Translations under genes and position numbers: made by a program
Assembly: GCA_009859145.1 (NCBI GenBank)
Contig: VRVR01000016.1
Coordinates: 177,198 to 241,197 of the forward strand
Direction of reading: 5' to 3'
Source of the DNA: Andalucia godoyi And28
Lineage: Eukaryota > Protista > Jakobida
Length of the DNA stretch: 64,000 bases
Part shown: positions 9,691 to 20,714 of the stretch, one piece after another
Layout of the letters: the number at the start of each line of letters is the position of its first letter
Position numbering within the stretch: the stretch's first letter is position 1
Notes under the pieces: model-generated
What the model saw: only the letters and a program-made list of their open reading frames with translations
Database searches by the model: none
Told to the model about the DNA's origin: nothing

Positions 9691-11579
9691 TATGGATGAT
9701 CAGTGTACAACGTAGGCGTCCATTCAACAGTGACAACATCACGAAGTTCATCGGAAACTTTCTTCAAGTGCAAAGTTTCGGCGTCTCCGGAAAGAAGCAA
9801 ATTACCATCGCAAGCGAGCTGCAAGACCGTTAAAAAGGCTCTGCACACCTCGTACACAGGCTTATCCACCATGGCTTCTGCGAAATCAACATCATCAACC
9901 TCCTGCAGGAGCTCGACCTTGTACTCCTTCATGTCGAACGGCCGGTGTGCTTCCTGCTCTTCAAGAACGGGCAGAACTTTTGCCTCCCATTCGGCAATCC
10001 GTCTGGACAGCTCCTCATCCTCTTCAATTCTCTTGTAGTACCCCACGTAATTCAGAGCTTGTGGTTGGGATTCCACCACACGACCCACTTCAGGAACGTC
10101 GCGAAAGTCATTGACGAAATCCTCGTCAATCCCGAGGTCTCCGCCGTCGTCGAATGCTCCAAATCCGGCACCAGCGCCGTCATGATCGTCTTCACCGAAC
10201 CCCAGCTCCTCCACTCCTCCATAGCTACCTGGATGATCGACGGTGGAAGAAACCGGTGGATCAACGGCTTCTGCAGTGCCGATGGCCTCTGCCATGGTTA
10301 CCGTTTCCAAGCGCCTTCTCCGCATGGTTCTGTTGATGCGCGTTGCATCCCTTGACATGCAGATCATCAAACTTTCCGCTGCTCCCCTTCGTGAATGCAC
10401 ATATTCATGGATTTGCTTCAAATATAATGACCGAAAGTCTGCTGGTTTGGCGGTGTCAAACGTCGTTCGTTTGGGGAATGCACCCACAGACGCATTCTTC
10501 TTCGACTCCGCAGGAATGGTGGCCTTGCGGAAAGGAGCATTCAGTGCATTTTGCTGCTCCTCATGCGGATCGAGAAGCTTCCAAACGTCCCGGGCACGAG
10601 CATGTTGCGTGTTCACAGGGGTTTGCGCTCCCTGACCGACGGAAGCATCTGCAGATCTCGTTTGCGACCGCGTTTGCCGCGTCTCGGAGGGAGCAACGTC
10701 GACTGGATCTCCTGGCGAAGGAGGCGCAGCGCTTGCACTGACGCGAGGAGCCACGTGAGAGACATCCAGCCCAAGTCCAGCGTCGGAATTCTGCCCAACT
10801 GGCGAATACACACCGCCATCGAAATCGCCACCACCAAAGCCGAGATCCTCATCGAACGCTTGCTGTGTCTGGATTTGGCTTGACCCGTCTTTTGCTGCGC
10901 TTTCTTGCGATATCGCTTGTGGATTCCAAGACCCTTGTTCTTGCTGAGACATCCGAATATCGAGAATTCCAGACTCATTCAGCGAACACTCTGCAATCCG
11001 AAGTCGTGGCTCGTCCGCTCCGCCAACAGAAACCAAAGGAGCCACCACAGCCTGAAAGCTCAGTGCAAGTGCGTCTTGAAGGGACAATGCATTTTGCGAC
11101 CCAGAGCCAGACACAGCGTGTCCCACAGCCCGCGTGGGTTGGGAATGCGTGTTTGCGTCAAGTTGCGCCATCGGCAAATCAATGTTCTTTCCTTCCGGTA
11201 AATCATCCAGCGGCAACAGCGGCGCGTCTTCATCACCCCAATACGAATTGTTAAGTTTAAAAGTCATGTCGACATCTCTGGGCCCTTTTCCCGCCGCTTC
11301 TTCAGGAGCCGTTCCAGTCAGTTTCGACAAGGTATGATACAGCAAACCGTGCAAATTCTCAATCTTTTTGGAATAAATCGATGTGGAATCTCGAATAATA
11401 GTCGCTGCTTCAATGAAATCAAGATTTGAAACGGGTGCCTTTCCAGGTTCGATATGAAACGTAAAGTGAAGACTGGAAATCTCCCGAAAATACTCTTCCA
11501 GTCTCCCCGAGAGATCAATGTCCCATTCGCTGGCTGCATTCGCCAGAACCGCAGAAAGCAGCTCTTGCAGCTCCTTCAT
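9690..11579 (-). CDS. NCAPH2: Condensin II kleisin subunit CAP-H2
   Basis: N-terminal EWDIDLSGRLEEY...FIEAATIIRDSTSIYSKKIENLH and C-terminal EVCRAFLTVLQLACDGNL match the CNDH2 N and C motifs. Confidence 0.9.
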   Translation of the reverse strand: MKELQELLSAVLANAASEWDIDLSGRLEEYFREISSLHFTFHIEPGKAPVSNLDFIEAATIIRDSTSIYSKKIENLHGLLYHTLSKLTGTAPEEAAGKGPRDVDMTFKLNNSYWGDEDAPLLPLDDLPEGKNIDLPMAQLDANTHSQPTRAVGHAVSGSGSQNALSLQDALALSFQAVVAPLVSVGGADEPRLRIAECSLNESGILDIRMSQQEQGSWNPQAISQESAAKDGSSQIQTQQAFDEDLGFGGGDFDGGVYSPVGQNSDAGLGLDVSHVAPRVSASAAPPSPGDPVDVAPSETRQTRSQTRSADASVGQGAQTPVNTQHARARDVWKLLDPHEEQQNALNAPFRKATIPAESKKNASVGAFPKRTTFDTAKPADFRSLYLKQIHEYVHSRRGAAESLMICMSRDATRINRTMRRRRLETVTMAEAIGTAEAVDPPVSSTVDHPGSYGGVEELGFGEDDHDGAGAGFGAFDDGGDLGIDEDFVNDFRDVPEVGRVVESQPQALNYVGYYKRIEEDEELSRRIAEWEAKVLPVLEEQEAHRPFDMKEYKVELLQEVDDVDFAEAMVDKPVYEVCRAFLTVLQLACDGNLLLSGDAETLHLKKVSDELRDVVTVEWTPTLYTDHP

Positions 11580-12405
11580 TTATGAAAACAACCAAGAAAC
11601 ACAGACTCAGACAAAGAAAAGAAAAACACTGGCTGATCGCTTTTAGCGACGAGGATAAATACGGTACAATGACGGGGCGAGAAGATAATTGAATTACTAT
11701 AATTATTATTATGATTATTTGTTTGCACTTTTGCACTCTTGCAGTAATGTGTGTGCGAATGGATGATCTTTGAATGAAGCAAAAACGTACGAAAAAGCGC
11801 AATTGGGAAATCTGAGCTCGAGTGGAACAATAACGAGCGCTGTCTGAGCGGGAAAAAAGAAAACGAGGACAGAAGTCCGGTGAATAGTGCTTGATTCTGT
11901 GGTTAGCATCAGCTCGGCTCCAAAAATATCCGGCAGCTAGGGTTGTTTGCGTAATGAGACCTCATTTAGGTGTTTTTCTTTGTTTGGTGTTGAGGGAGGG
12001 AAAGGAAAAGCACGCCCAGGGTTAGACGCTTCGATTTGCACTCCCCTGCTGTTCCTCCCCTTTCCTTCTGCGTAAATTGAAAAACAAAAATTCTGTGCAT
12101 CCGAGATTAGGTGTTTCTGTTTCTTTCTTCGTGCACGATCCCTTTGTCTCATAGGTACGTACGTCGTTTTTTTTTTCATTCTTGCCTGTTCTCCCTGTGT
12201 TGCATTCTGTGGCATCATCATTTCTTCGTCGTTTTTTTTAGCGGATCGAAGCTGGAGGGCCATTGGATTGGATTCTCACGCAATCTTGTTTTTTTATTCC
12301 CCTTCTTCGTTCCTTTCCTTTTGCTCGGTTCCTGACGAATTCTGTATTTTACTCATTTGCTCTGCTGTTGTTCATTTCTTCGCGATCTTTCGTCAATAGA
12401 ATATC

Positions 12406-12882
12406 ATGTCGATCAAGGCTGACACCTGCTTGTTCTCGGGTTTCAAGATCTGGCCCGGCCACGGAATCCGCTATGTGCCCTGCATCTCTGTTCAGACCAC
12501 CCGCCCCGTGTTCTCGTTCCTGAACTCCAAGTGCAAGAACCTCTTCCACCAGAAGAAGAACCCCCGCAAGTTTAACTGGACTGTTGTTTACCGCCGCGTC
12601 AACAAGAAGGGAACTGTCGAGGAAATCTCCAAGAAGCGTGTCCGCCGCACCACTCGTGTCCAGCGTTCGATTGTTGGTCTGGACATTGAGGAGCTCAAGA
12701 AGCGCCGTGCAGAGAAGCCCAAGGAACGCGCAGATGCCCGCGCTGCCGCCCTCAAGGAGGTTAAGGACCGCAAGACTGGATCAAAGAAGACCGCCACCCA
12801 CGCCCCGACGAAGGCAGAACCTTCGTTCAAGGCCCAGAAGCACCAAGGTGGAAAGGGTAAGGTTACCGCCACTTCCCGCTAA
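12406..12882 (+). CDS. RPL24: 60S ribosomal protein eL24
   Basis: CLFSGFKIWPGHG...KNPRKFNWTVVYRR...QRSIVG; strong codon bias. Confidence 0.97.
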   Translation: MSIKADTCLFSGFKIWPGHGIRYVPCISVQTTRPVFSFLNSKCKNLFHQKKNPRKFNWTVVYRRVNKKGTVEEISKKRVRRTTRVQRSIVGLDIEELKKRRAEKPKERADARAAALKEVKDRKTGSKKTATHAPTKAEPSFKAQKHQGGKGKVTATSR

Positions 12883-13170
12883 AGGATCCATTGAGTTTAT
12901 ACTATTTGCTACAGGACAGCATGTTGCTTGCGCAAAGTAAAGATAAATACAGAAGAAAAAACAAACGAGAGAATAACGTGCGTGGCATCGCAGGCCTTTT
13001 TCCCTTGTGTGCCGTCGTCGGCAGAAACTGCCCAAAAATGATGATAAGACCGGAATTTGCAAAGGATTCGACAAATAGTCGCTTTTATGTATTTTAAACA
13101 GCAAAAAGTAGCCTTTTTCACAACAAAGTCATCAAAGTCTAGAACAAAGGGACAGAGAGCAAACATCTGT

Positions 13171-13686
13171 TTATGCCTTGGGGGCAGTCACAGACCCAGT
13201 GCGGAAACCGTTCTTGAACTTCTGAGTAACAGTCTTGAGGTAGCGCATGCGGCCGGATCCGGTAGTCTTGCGTCGCTTTGCCTTATCAGACCAGTTGTCT
13301 ACGATATTGGAGAGGAGAGGAAAGGAAAAAAAGAAAGAAAAAAAACATGAGTATTCGGGGGGGAAAAGGCGAGTGCAAAACAAACCATTCTTGCCGTGGT
13401 CGGGAGAGAGACCGAGGCAACACGAAAGCGACTATTCCGAAAAAAAACATACAAGAACGAATCTTGGCTGCAGGGTATCCGCATGCTGCGCACGTCTTCT
13501 TCTGTGCATGGAAAGAGCGGCGATTGCAGCGGATGCAGAGAACGTGAGTCTTCACGTGGCGCTTTCCGAAACTGGTGGTACCTTTGGTCTATATTGTTGG
13601 AAGAAAGAAGAAGAAAAGAACATGTAAGCTTTCAGATTTCGTGCAAAAACATATCGCGTGTGCTCAACTATCGAGGGTCATACCAT
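13171..13686 (-). CDS. RPL37: 60S ribosomal protein eL37, 3 exons: complement(join(13171..13298,13453..13588,13684..13686))
   Basis: Spliced product [68 protein letters not shown].... Introns 13589-13683 (GTATGA..TAG) and 13299-13452 (GTATGT..TAG). Confidence 0.97.
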
Positions 13687-14255
13687 TTCCGACTAATTTG
13701 TGAAGATCCAGGCAACAAGGAAACGAAGCAAAACAAAAAAAATTGAAAAAAAAACTGTGATCTGCCCAATCGACTTGCTTTCTTGGTGGCCACGAAGGAA
13801 AAGAAAGGACAGGAAAACTGCAACCCTAGGTCTAGGGTTTTTTTTCATCTTGTCGACCAATTTTCGGGAGGGAGGTTGCCTAAATAAAGCATTTGTTAGT
13901 GGAACAACGATGGCGCTACCATCAATCAGCTCGGTTTCAGCTGCCAGTTGATGCTTGCAGGAAGGAGGAGGGGGGAAGGGGAAGGAAAAAAGGAAAAGCC
14001 ACCATCCCGCCGTTACAGCGCCAACTACAGAATTTGCCACGCTCCCGATTTCCAGAGTTTTCAAGACTAGCCAAAAAAATATATAAAATAGTGATATTAA
14101 AACATTAAAAAACAACAAACCATTTACATTTTCCATTCTCATTGCGTACTGCATCTCATTATTCTGTCTTTGGTGCTGCTGCTCCTGTTGTTGTTGTTGT
14201 TGTGACTGCGTATTTGTGGAATCCGAGTTTCAACGAAGAGACGATACGACTGAGA

Positions 14256-17200
14256 ATGGACTCTTCAGTGTCTCGTTCACTCTTGTTTTCCGAGCCAAGG
14301 ACTCCGCAAAGCACAGCGAACAGTCCGTATTACTCGAATGCCGGCACAAGTGCGAGTGCATCGGTAGTCAGCAATCTTGGTGTGGACCGACCGGTGCCGT
14401 TCATTCGTCTCACAGATGAAGGTCGATTTGTGGTTTGCGAAGAAGCAGTGACGCTTCTCGAGTCCGTGTCTGGAACGGTTGCAGTTGCGTCTGTTGTCGG
14501 CATGTATCGTACCGGAAAGTCGTTTCTTCTGAACCAACTCATTGGGCGTTCGAATGGATTCGAAATCGGTCCTTCTGTGAATCCTTGCACCAAGGGAATA
14601 TGGATATGGTCCAGGCCAATCGAAGTACTTGTCAACGGGCAGATTGTCAATGCCGTGTTCATCGACACGGAAGGAATTGCATCGTTCACCCAAAATGAAG
14701 ACCATGATGTCAAGATTTTTTCCCTTGCGGTGCTTCTTTCGTCATTTTTTGTATATAACTCAATGGGCACGATTGATGAAACTGCCGTGGAAAGACTGTC
14801 TCTGGTTGCAGAGCTTTCAAAACATATCAGACTCACCGCGGACCCTCCGGCGAGCGGCCCAGGCTCCTCGTCGACGTCTCCTCGATCACTTACCCCACGA
14901 AAGGCGTCGGTCCGAGACCGCATCCAAGCGGAAGTCCCAGCCAGAATGGCATCGGTGTTTCCTTCGTTCTGCTGGTTGCTGCGTGACTTCACACTCCAGC
15001 TGCTGGGGCCAGATGGTAGACCAATGACGAGTCGACAGTATCTGGAATTCGCTTTGAGCCCGCAGCCTGGTGAGTCTGACAAGGTGAAGTACAAGAATCA
15101 GATTCGGCAAGCTTTGCGCGAGTACTTCATTGATCGCGATTGCTATACCTTGGTGCGACCGGTCTCGGACGAGTTCAAGTTGCAGAATGCTGGTTCGTTG
15201 TCGATCGCCGACCTCAGACCGGAGTTTGTCCGTCAAATGCAAGAGTTTCGGGAAATGGTCTTCGAGAGACTTTCGCCAAAAAAGATTCATGGAAAGGAGT
15301 TGAACGGAAGCATGCTTGTTTCACTCGCCAACACATATGTCGAAGCTCTGAATTCCGGCGGAGTGCCAGTGGTCTCTTCTGCGTTCGAAACGGTGATGCA
15401 GGGCGAGTGTCAACGAGCACTGATGATTGCAACACGGTATGTGCGGACGGAAACCAGGAGGTTGATTGAAGATGCAAATGCGGTGCTGGACCAATCAGAT
15501 GTCAGCGCCCATATTGCGGAAGTGGAATCTACTGCAAAGAGAATGTTCGATGAAAAGGCATTTGGCCCTGTCCGCGCCGAGTTCTTCCAGGAGCTAATGG
15601 AGCAAATGTCCAGTGATTTCTCCTTGCTAAAGCATACCATGGAAAGCCGCTCGCGTGAGCAATGCACTTCTGTAGCGCAGAAGGCGTTTCAGCCGTTGAA
15701 GGATCTGATCGAAAAAACACGCATGGACGATCTTTCGGAATTTTCGGATGTTCTTCAAAAGTCGCTGGATTCGTTTTGGAGAGATGCAAAAGGCACTTAT
15801 CGTGCAGATGCATTGCTCACGTTCGTGAAGTACGGATTGATGGATCTTGTCCAGACTCTCATGGATGTTCGGGAAACTAGGCTTCACGAAGAACGGGAGT
15901 CTGTTATTGAAGATTTTCAGCGGCGATTGCAGGCAGCAGAGGAAAATCGCGACAAGTATGTAAGCTTGTATGATGAAGCAAGAGATCGTCTGGAACGTGC
16001 CGTCCAAGAGCTGAAGCGGAGGAACTCGCACATCAAGACTCTGGAACAATCTTTGACAGACTTTAAGTCGAAGCAGAATGAGCTAGAGGACACGATCGAC
16101 CTTCTTAATTCAAAAGTGAAGCGCTCGAATGACGAGATGTCTTCTGCTCGGGATACGGAAATGAAGCTTGTGGAGGATCTAGCTGACGCGCATCGAACCT
16201 TGGCAGATCGCGACTCTCGAATTGAGTCCTTGTCTCGATCGGTTGCAAAACTGGAGGGACTGGCTCATGAAAGACAGGAAAAGATTTCGGAATTGGAGGG
16301 TAGATTGCGAAGCGACACCAACTCATTGCAAACGCAGTTGAAACGCCTGGTTTCGGAAAAAGAAGCACTCGACTCCCAGCACAAGAAGGCACAAGAAGAA
16401 ATCGACAGGCTTCTTCGGGATAAGAGATATGCAGAGAAGGAGGTGATCCGTTTGAAGACCGAAAATTCCTCGCTTGAAGAACAACAAGAGTATCTCAGAA
16501 ACAAAGCCGACGATTTACAAAACCAGGTTCGGTCCTCGGAAAATGATAAGGCATCCTTGTTCCGGGATAAGAGCGACTGGTCATCAAAGTGCGAGATCCT
16601 CCAGATGCAGCTCGCCGATGCGGTGTCAAGATCGGAATCCGCCATCGCACGTGTTGCGTCTCTTGAATCAGAGAAGCAGAGTCTTCTTGGTCAGTTAGAT
16701 CAGTTAAAGATGGATGGGAATAAGCACCAGCGCGCGTATGAAGAATCTGCCGGACAGCTGCGGAGAGCTCAGCAGGAACTTGCGGACACCGTCAAGCTAA
16801 TGGGAAAACAGCGGGAGGAGGAAGTCCTCGCCAAGGAAAAGAAACTCAGCATTCTGCAGTCGCAGGTTGCTGAAATGGAAGCAGAAATCGAAAGATTGGA
16901 TCGTCTAGCGTCCCAGTTGCGAGACAACGAAGGGAAAAAAATCTTGGAAATCGAGGAGCTGAATTTTGTGAAGGACAAGCTCACGCAGCAGAACGCAGAT
17001 TTAGCTGCGCAGTTTGAGATTGTGAAAACGGAGAAGTCCAAGATATCAGAAAAGTTGTCTTCGTTGGATATGTCGCACTCTCAGCTGTTCGCCCAAAATT
17101 CGTCTCTAACCCAGCAACTTCAACACCTTCAAAGATCTCTGGACGAGGAGCGAGAGAAGCTGTCCAATGCGCGTTCTAGCCTGGCTTTCCATACCGAGAC

Positions 17201-20200
17201 CATTGAGGCCCTTGAAAAAGAAAACGGTCAACTAAAATCAGAAGTTACAAAGTTGGCCGCTCTTCTGTCCGACGGGAGCGCGGAGATCTCCAGGCTCACG
17301 CAAGCTGTTGCTGACCTTGAAAATGATTACTCGGGTTTAATTCTCAAGACTCGCGAACAGTCTTCTGCTTTGGAGGCTTTGGAGTCTCAACTTTCTTCCA
17401 ACGAAGTGGAATCGTCGTCTATGAAAGAAGTCATTTTTTCTCTTCAGGAGCAGCTGGACCATTCCAGTCATCTTCTGTCCAGCGAGCGTGAAAAGGTTAG
17501 CACTCTGCAAGCATCCATTGATCAATTGACCCGTTCCCATTCTGACTTGTCCGACACTCGCGCATCTCTTCAATATCAACTGAAGGATGCCGTTTTGGAG
17601 CGCGACAAACTTAAACGGACTCTTGTTTCCAATGAAGATGAATTGCGAAATGCAGTACGTGAGAAGAAAGACTTGATGGAAAAACTGGCAACCATGCAGA
17701 TGAAGCTGGACCAAATAGACGCTGAGAAGTTTGATAGCGAGTTGCAGGCAACTGCCATGCAGTCCCGCGTGGTTGAAGTGGAGAAAACCGTGGGTGAGAA
17801 GAGCCAGGAACTAGCAGCAGAGAGGAGACAGCACCATGCACTGCTGGATCGGATGGAGGACACGGAACGCCTCTTGAAGGAAGCGAACAGGAAATGCGCG
17901 GACGTGGAGCGCAAGAACCGAGAGGTTCTGGAGCAGTTGAGAGTCGCCGAGGAGTCTTCCAAGTCTGCCTCTGCACTGCTAATCCAGCAACAAGACAGCT
18001 TGAAGCGCATTTCTATTCTGGAGAACGATGTCCGTGTTCTTTCCTCTGAGAAAGCAGAGGCCGAATCCCAGTTGTCAACCGTTTCGTCCAGAAATCGACA
18101 GCTGGACGACATTCTGCTGACCGTCCAAAGTGAGCGAGATCAGTTGCTCTCCAGCAGTCGCAGTCGGGAGTCCGAGCTTGTTCGCTTGCGAGACGAGCTT
18201 CAGCAGGTGAACGCGCAGCTCAGTGCACTGCGATCGGAGTTGCTACTGCAGGACGACGAACTGAAGCGCACAACAGAATCCCAAATCAGGCGACTTCGGG
18301 AAGAGAGAGATCAACTTCTGTCTGAACGAACCGATTTGTCGCGCCAACTGCAGTCAGCGAATCATCAGCTGGTGATACTGAACGAGTCGGTGCTGAATTC
18401 GAAGACCACGGCAGAATCGTCCTTGGAACGTTTCCAACGCGAATTGGACTTGTTCAAGACTGAGAATCAATCTTTGCTGAAGCAGGTTGCGGACTTGAAA
18501 GGAAATGCTACCAAGCATGAGCTTGAATTGGCGACCGCCCAGCGAGACCTTCAGTGGTCAACGGATGAAGTTGCGAGTGTACGAAAGGAGAAGGACGCCG
18601 TGAAACTCGAATTGCAGCGTTTGGAAAAGGAGTGTCGCGAGGCAAAAGAAGCGCTGTCTCTTCGACAAGCATCGGTTGCTGCTCTAGACGGTCAAATGAA
18701 GAATTTTGAATTGGAGCGACAGCGTCTGCAGCACGAGCTGTCGGATAAAAACGTTCTGATAGAGAGGTTGGAGAGGTCCCTTCAGACGTCAAGAGAATCT
18801 GAGCAAGATCTCAGAGGAGAAGTTGACAAGATCCGGCTTGAGAATTCTCGATGTGAACGAGAACTTCGTCACGCAGAGGATAAACTGCAGATGATGCGAT
18901 CCGAGATTTCGCAAGCGGCCTCTGCTGTGTCTGACGTCCATTCAAAAATGGCGTCCACAAGTGACGAACTTCGGGATGTGGAGTACAAGCTTTCAGAAGC
19001 GGAGAGGGCGAATGCGGAACTGCGAACCCACCAGGCCGCTCTCGAAGACGCCTTGGTTGACATGCAGCGCCTTGTTGAAAACGAACGGGCCACAATTCAG
19101 CAGCACCTTGAACAAGAGGAAGCTGGTTGGGAGAGAGAGAAAGAATCGTTGGAAAGGTCATTCCGTTCAGAATTGGAACGTGTTCGCCGCGAGGCGGAAC
19201 GAGAGCTTGCCGACCAGTCCGATCGCTTGCGACACGACTTGGCACGAAAGGAGGAGTTTTCTTCGAGTCGTGCGAAGGAACAAGAGGCCCGATTGCAAGA
19301 GGAAGTGCGTACTCTGAAGGACGAGGAAGTGAAACTTAAAGACGAACTTCGCAGAACGCGGTCTGAAGAATCACGACTGCGAGAAGACCTAGGCCGAACG
19401 AAACGTGAACTGGATCTGGTTCGGAAGGACGAGTTGTCATCTGCTCTTCGGGAGCAGGAGCAGATCCTTGAAAAGTTGGAAGATTATAAGAGGAAGAACG
19501 GCGAACTCGAGCAGGCGCTTCGCGACAGTTCTTCTTCAGCAGAACGACAGCGCCAGCGTGAGATCGATCGAAAGAAGATAGACGATCTCGAGTTCCGGCT
19601 CCGGGAGAGCGAGCGGTCTCTGGAGCGTGCAAACCAGGCGGCTCGCCGGGCCTCTGCACTCGAGTCTCTTGTACGTGAAAAAGATGAAGAAATTCGTTCG
19701 TTGGTGGACCAAATTCGCTCTTTGCAATCCACACTGGACCATTCAGACCTGGGTTTGGATCAGAGACGCAAACTGGAGGACCTGGAAAAGGAGTGCCGAC
19801 AAAAAGAAATCAGCCTGGAGGATCTTCAACGGAAGCTTCGGACAACCGCCGATGAGCTTCGAAAGTCTGCGATGCGTGTTTCTGACGTCGAGGAAGAGAA
19901 GGCAGGGCTTAAACGAGAAAACGATCGCAATCTCGCGAAATTTGATGTCGAAAAAGAACAGCTAAATCGCACTGTCCGCTCTCTCACTGATGAACTCCGA
20001 GAGCTTCGACGCAAGATCGACGAGGAGAAGGCTTTAAAGGATGATTTGGAGGACAAACTGGACAAGACGTTGCGAACGAAGGATTCTGACCGCAAGATCG
20101 TGATCGAAAGGTTTACCGAGACGCAAAGTGTGATGAAGGTTCAGCAGGATGAGATTCGTGCCCTTCGCTCCAAGCTTCGCGACCACGAGAAAACAGCATC

Positions 20201-20714
20201 ACAGCTTCTTGAAGAAAAAGAGGCCGCAGAAATCAAGGCCGCAGCCATAACGAAGCAGGCGTTGGAAGTAAGAAGCCAGATGCAGTCCCAGCGGGTGCTT
20301 TTGGAGGAAGAACGAGAGAGGTTAGAGAAATCCGCTCTCCGGGCATCGCGGTCCATTTTGGACTCCATCGATGCACAAAGTCTTATTGACGAGATTCATA
20401 TCTTGAACGAGACGAACAGACGCACTCTTGAACTCAATCGTCGCATTATTGAAGAAAACGATGTTTTGCGGGACGAACTTGGAGTCATTAGTGCGACTTC
20501 CGCGATAGGCCTATCGCGGTCCACAGCAACGCAGAACGCGGGTCTCACGGGAAATTGGGGCAATGGAGATGTCTCTCGAGAACCTTTGTCCATTTCGCAG
20601 CTGGATCGAACTGCTCCTTCCAGAGAGCGATCTCCCCTTGACTCCGTTCGATACAGTCCGCCGCGAAAGTTTCGTGAAGCCCCGCGAGTATTCGATTCAT
20701 CCAGGTACCAGTGA
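14256..20714 (+). CDS. Guanylate-binding protein (GBP/atlastin-family GTPase) with a ~1600-aa C-terminal coiled coil
   Basis: G1 GMYRTGKSFLLN, G2 CTKGIW, G3 DTEG, LLRDF motif and GBP helical domain, then a continuous heptad E/K/R/L-rich region. First ATG at 14256. Confidence 0.92.
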   Translation: MDSSVSRSLLFSEPRTPQSTANSPYYSNAGTSASASVVSNLGVDRPVPFIRLTDEGRFVVCEEAVTLLESVSGTVAVASVVGMYRTGKSFLLNQLIGRSNGFEIGPSVNPCTKGIWIWSRPIEVLVNGQIVNAVFIDTEGIASFTQNEDHDVKIFSLAVLLSSFFVYNSMGTIDETAVERLSLVAELSKHIRLTADPPASGPGSSSTSPRSLTPRKASVRDRIQAEVPARMASVFPSFCWLLRDFTLQLLGPDGRPMTSRQYLEFALSPQPGESDKVKYKNQIRQALREYFIDRDCYTLVRPVSDEFKLQNAGSLSIADLRPEFVRQMQEFREMVFERLSPKKIHGKELNGSMLVSLANTYVEALNSGGVPVVSSAFETVMQGECQRALMIATRYVRTETRRLIEDANAVLDQSDVSAHIAEVESTAKRMFDEKAFGPVRAEFFQELMEQMSSDFSLLKHTMESRSREQCTSVAQKAFQPLKDLIEKTRMDDLSEFSDVLQKSLDSFWRDAKGTYRADALLTFVKYGLMDLVQTLMDVRETRLHEERESVIEDFQRRLQAAEENRDKYVSLYDEARDRLERAVQELKRRNSHIKTLEQSLTDFKSKQNELEDTIDLLNSKVKRSNDEMSSARDTEMKLVEDLADAHRTLADRDSRIESLSRSVAKLEGLAHERQEKISELEGRLRSDTNSLQTQLKRLVSEKEALDSQHKKAQEEIDRLLRDKRYAEKEVIRLKTENSSLEEQQEYLRNKADDLQNQVRSSENDKASLFRDKSDWSSKCEILQMQLADAVSRSESAIARVASLESEKQSLLGQLDQLKMDGNKHQRAYEESAGQLRRAQQELADTVKLMGKQREEEVLAKEKKLSILQSQVAEMEAEIERLDRLASQLRDNEGKKILEIEELNFVKDKLTQQNADLAAQFEIVKTEKSKISEKLSSLDMSHSQLFAQNSSLTQQLQHLQRSLDEEREKLSNARSSLAFHTETIEALEKENGQLKSEVTKLAALLSDGSAEISRLTQAVADLENDYSGLILKTREQSSALEALESQLSSNEVESSSMKEVIFSLQEQLDHSSHLLSSEREKVSTLQASIDQLTRSHSDLSDTRASLQYQLKDAVLERDKLKRTLVSNEDELRNAVREKKDLMEKLATMQMKLDQIDAEKFDSELQATAMQSRVVEVEKTVGEKSQELAAERRQHHALLDRMEDTERLLKEANRKCADVERKNREVLEQLRVAEESSKSASALLIQQQDSLKRISILENDVRVLSSEKAEAESQLSTVSSRNRQLDDILLTVQSERDQLLSSSRSRESELVRLRDELQQVNAQLSALRSELLLQDDELKRTTESQIRRLREERDQLLSERTDLSRQLQSANHQLVILNESVLNSKTTAESSLERFQRELDLFKTENQSLLKQVADLKGNATKHELELATAQRDLQWSTDEVASVRKEKDAVKLELQRLEKECREAKEALSLRQASVAALDGQMKNFELERQRLQHELSDKNVLIERLERSLQTSRESEQDLRGEVDKIRLENSRCERELRHAEDKLQMMRSEISQAASAVSDVHSKMASTSDELRDVEYKLSEAERANAELRTHQAALEDALVDMQRLVENERATIQQHLEQEEAGWEREKESLERSFRSELERVRREAERELADQSDRLRHDLARKEEFSSSRAKEQEARLQEEVRTLKDEEVKLKDELRRTRSEESRLREDLGRTKRELDLVRKDELSSALREQEQILEKLEDYKRKNGELEQALRDSSSSAERQRQREIDRKKIDDLEFRLRESERSLERANQAARRASALESLVREKDEEIRSLVDQIRSLQSTLDHSDLGLDQRRKLEDLEKECRQKEISLEDLQRKLRTTADELRKSAMRVSDVEEEKAGLKRENDRNLAKFDVEKEQLNRTVRSLTDELRELRRKIDEEKALKDDLEDKLDKTLRTKDSDRKIVIERFTETQSVMKVQQDEIRALRSKLRDHEKTASQLLEEKEAAEIKAAAITKQALEVRSQMQSQRVLLEEERERLEKSALRASRSILDSIDAQSLIDEIHILNETNRRTLELNRRIIEENDVLRDELGVISATSAIGLSRSTATQNAGLTGNWGNGDVSREPLSISQLDRTAPSRERSPLDSVRYSPPRKFREAPRVFDSSRYQ

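Noticed and set aside
12990-13060. ggcctttttccctt followed by a tgccg-tcgt-cggca hairpin, vaguely like the family-1 3' module
   Set aside because: The conserved 65-nt core is absent and the similarity is within chance.
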